From NCBI GenBank assembly GCA_043228905.1, contig JBHGNT010000003.1, positions 8,742,001-8,806,000 on the forward strand: a stretch of DNA of 64,000 nucleotides. Direction: 5' to 3'. The translations under genes and the position numbers were made by a program. This DNA is from Azolla caroliniana. Its lineage: Eukaryota; Plantae; Polypodiophyta. The notes beneath the pieces were generated by a model, which was not told where the DNA came from, searched no databases, and was given only the letters and a program-made list of their open reading frames with translations. Each line of letters opens with the position of its first letter. The first letter of the stretch is position 1. Of the stretch, positions 62,030-64,000 are shown in pieces.

Positions 62030-64000
62030 CCTATTCCAAGATCCCCATGGTTCCCCTCGAGTAGCACACACACACGTGTTAGCGCGACACCAGTGTTAAG
62101 CGCTTGGAAACCACATAGGAGATTGAGAGAAGAGTCTATATCACAACTAGGTGAGAGAACCTAGTTGAAGAAAGACATTCCTTGTAGGTAGAAGTTGTTT
62201 ACCAAAACAATAGGGTCTTAGTCAAGGATAAAAGAAAATGGATGGATGAACAATAAAGCCCCTCCAAAAAACACAACACGTGAGAAGCCAGAAGAAGAGA
62301 AGAATTGATAATGGTGCCAATGATGGATTAAAGAGGAAAAGAGAAGGGAGACCCAACATTTAAGCTAAGGTCTGAATATGCAAACCCTATATCTAAAGCA
62401 GGTGATGGAGGAGAAAATTATGGATAGTCACTTGGAATTCACGTTGTAAGAAATCCTCAGCATCTCAAAAAAAGAATTCCATGATATCAACAATGACCTC
62501 ATGAAAAGGACGAGACACTCCACCGAGAGAGAAGAAATGGAACCCATGGATGTTTATACAAGTGTCATCACATCTAAAGGGTTTGAATTCAACAAAGAAT
62601 ATGTTGACAACGACTACACTAGGTTGCATTGAGCATGGGAGATGATGGACACCTAGATATGGATTGTGCATATTAAAGAACTAGTGTTGGCATTGATCAA
62701 CCATGGATCTGAAATCAACCGTATGTCCATCGACTTCTATTGAAAATGGGGGTGACTAATTAACACAAAAATGGGTGGAAGATTCGAACAATTACAAGAG
62801 CCACTGAGAAGCTACACCACGCTTGCCCAAATGCACAAGTTAAGATTTGAGGCTTGAAAATATATGCACAAGCCAGAATGGAGACAATGGGTCTTGACTA
62901 TGTGTGTTTGACACTGCTCAATTTAGTTCCTTACCATCCGGTTGAACAACAAATGAAATAGTGTCAACCTCAAAACAAAGATAAAGAACATTTTTAATGC
63001 AAGCTATTAGGTAGTGGGACAACAATAGTACAAGGAAAAATCAGTCCCCAAAAACTTGTAATAAGCTTTGTTGATCCATTCCTAAGAAAATATGTTTTTC
63101 TACAAATGGAGTTGAATGATCTTGAAGGAGGATAGGACACATAATAAATCATATAATGAAACGTAAGATATTTGAAGAAGATGAGAACATCCACAGAGAT
63201 AGTTTTGTTTGACGAAATGCATGGGAAGTGGAGAATGGTGTCATTTCAAATCTTCTCGATGTTAAGGTCATTCAACTCAAATTTGTTGCTATGTACATCA
63301 TCATTGACAAATACAAGCAAAGTGTTGCAACTAATGTGGTCAAAGTAAAAATAAGCTCAAAATACAACAGAAAAGGGATAGCTAGAGATAGAGGAAAGAA
63401 GTTGTGGCAATTAATGAACAAAATCGATGAGACCTGAAAGTAATTGGATGCACCTTGATTGACAAAATGTGAGGGGAAGCTCTGAGTTGTTGGGGGTGGG
63501 TTATTTTTATCCGAAGAGGAATTAAGTTTAGGGAGATGCTTGAGAGTGGTTGTCAAAATGTGGCCAAGTGCGAAAGGGAAGAAAACACAAAGGCATCAAG
63601 TTTCACATGAAGTGAACTCCAAGAGAAAATTTAACTACAACATACATTAAATTGTAAGAGCCGAACATTAAACAATTGGGTCAAGGGTTCAACACCAATT
63701 GAAACGATCATAGGAAGGTTCTTTACAATTTTCCAAAGAAAATATTACCATCCTCATGTTTCACAATTTACGTACTTAGAGAAATAGTTGCAAATTGTGC
63801 TCAACATTTTTCAATACACAATATGGACCATTATACATGCCTCTGTGTCTTTACATGAGATTCTATCTCAAGACTCTTGGCAGCAAGAAGGCTAAATAGA
63901 TTGCTTGCAAAATTGGTAAAAGATATTGAACAAAAAAGGAAAACTATGGTTAAGGAATCTATGGTTCTGTGCAAGCTAATAATTACAAAGGAGATTCTTT
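62030..64000 (+). mobile_element. Highly decayed member of the H-like Gypsy lineage
   Basis: U5 motif CCTATTCCAAGATCCCCATGGTTCCC and LTR end GCGCGACA at 62088. gag-pro remnants PTFKL...EILSISKKEFHD and IKELVLALINHGSEIN. Confidence 0.7.

Overview
Land-plant nuclear heterochromatin-type window, probably a fern (inferred from the PLS-E PPR remnant and the TE lineages). It has no intact host gene and is almost entirely a nested TE stack. An old Ty1/copia element (B, 4562-~60870) hosts a solo LTR, a 31.5-kb hAT element (hAT1, 6153-37649) and two further copia elements (F, G). hAT1 carries a decayed transposase and PPR fragments. It was invaded by two Tcn1-like chromoviruses (C, D), an intact young non-chromovirus Gypsy (H, 12818-20070) and a second TIR element (hAT2, 29701-37029). 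hAT2 carries intron-containing XRN2/3 exons and an intact two-ORF LINE. G hosts another chromovirus (E), whose integrase is split by a hammerhead-bearing insertion with a 56-bp target duplication. The most notable signals are: antisense tRNA-like A-box/B-box modules in the U3 of five different Gypsy LTR families; a Gypsy lineage with 4-bp CpG-centred TSDs, a tRNA-Trp PBS and a -1 frameshift pseudoknot; self-priming PBSs; gene capture by hATs; and an 18.7-kb insert bounded by two inverted U5 ends. All calls are by eye; no database searches were run.
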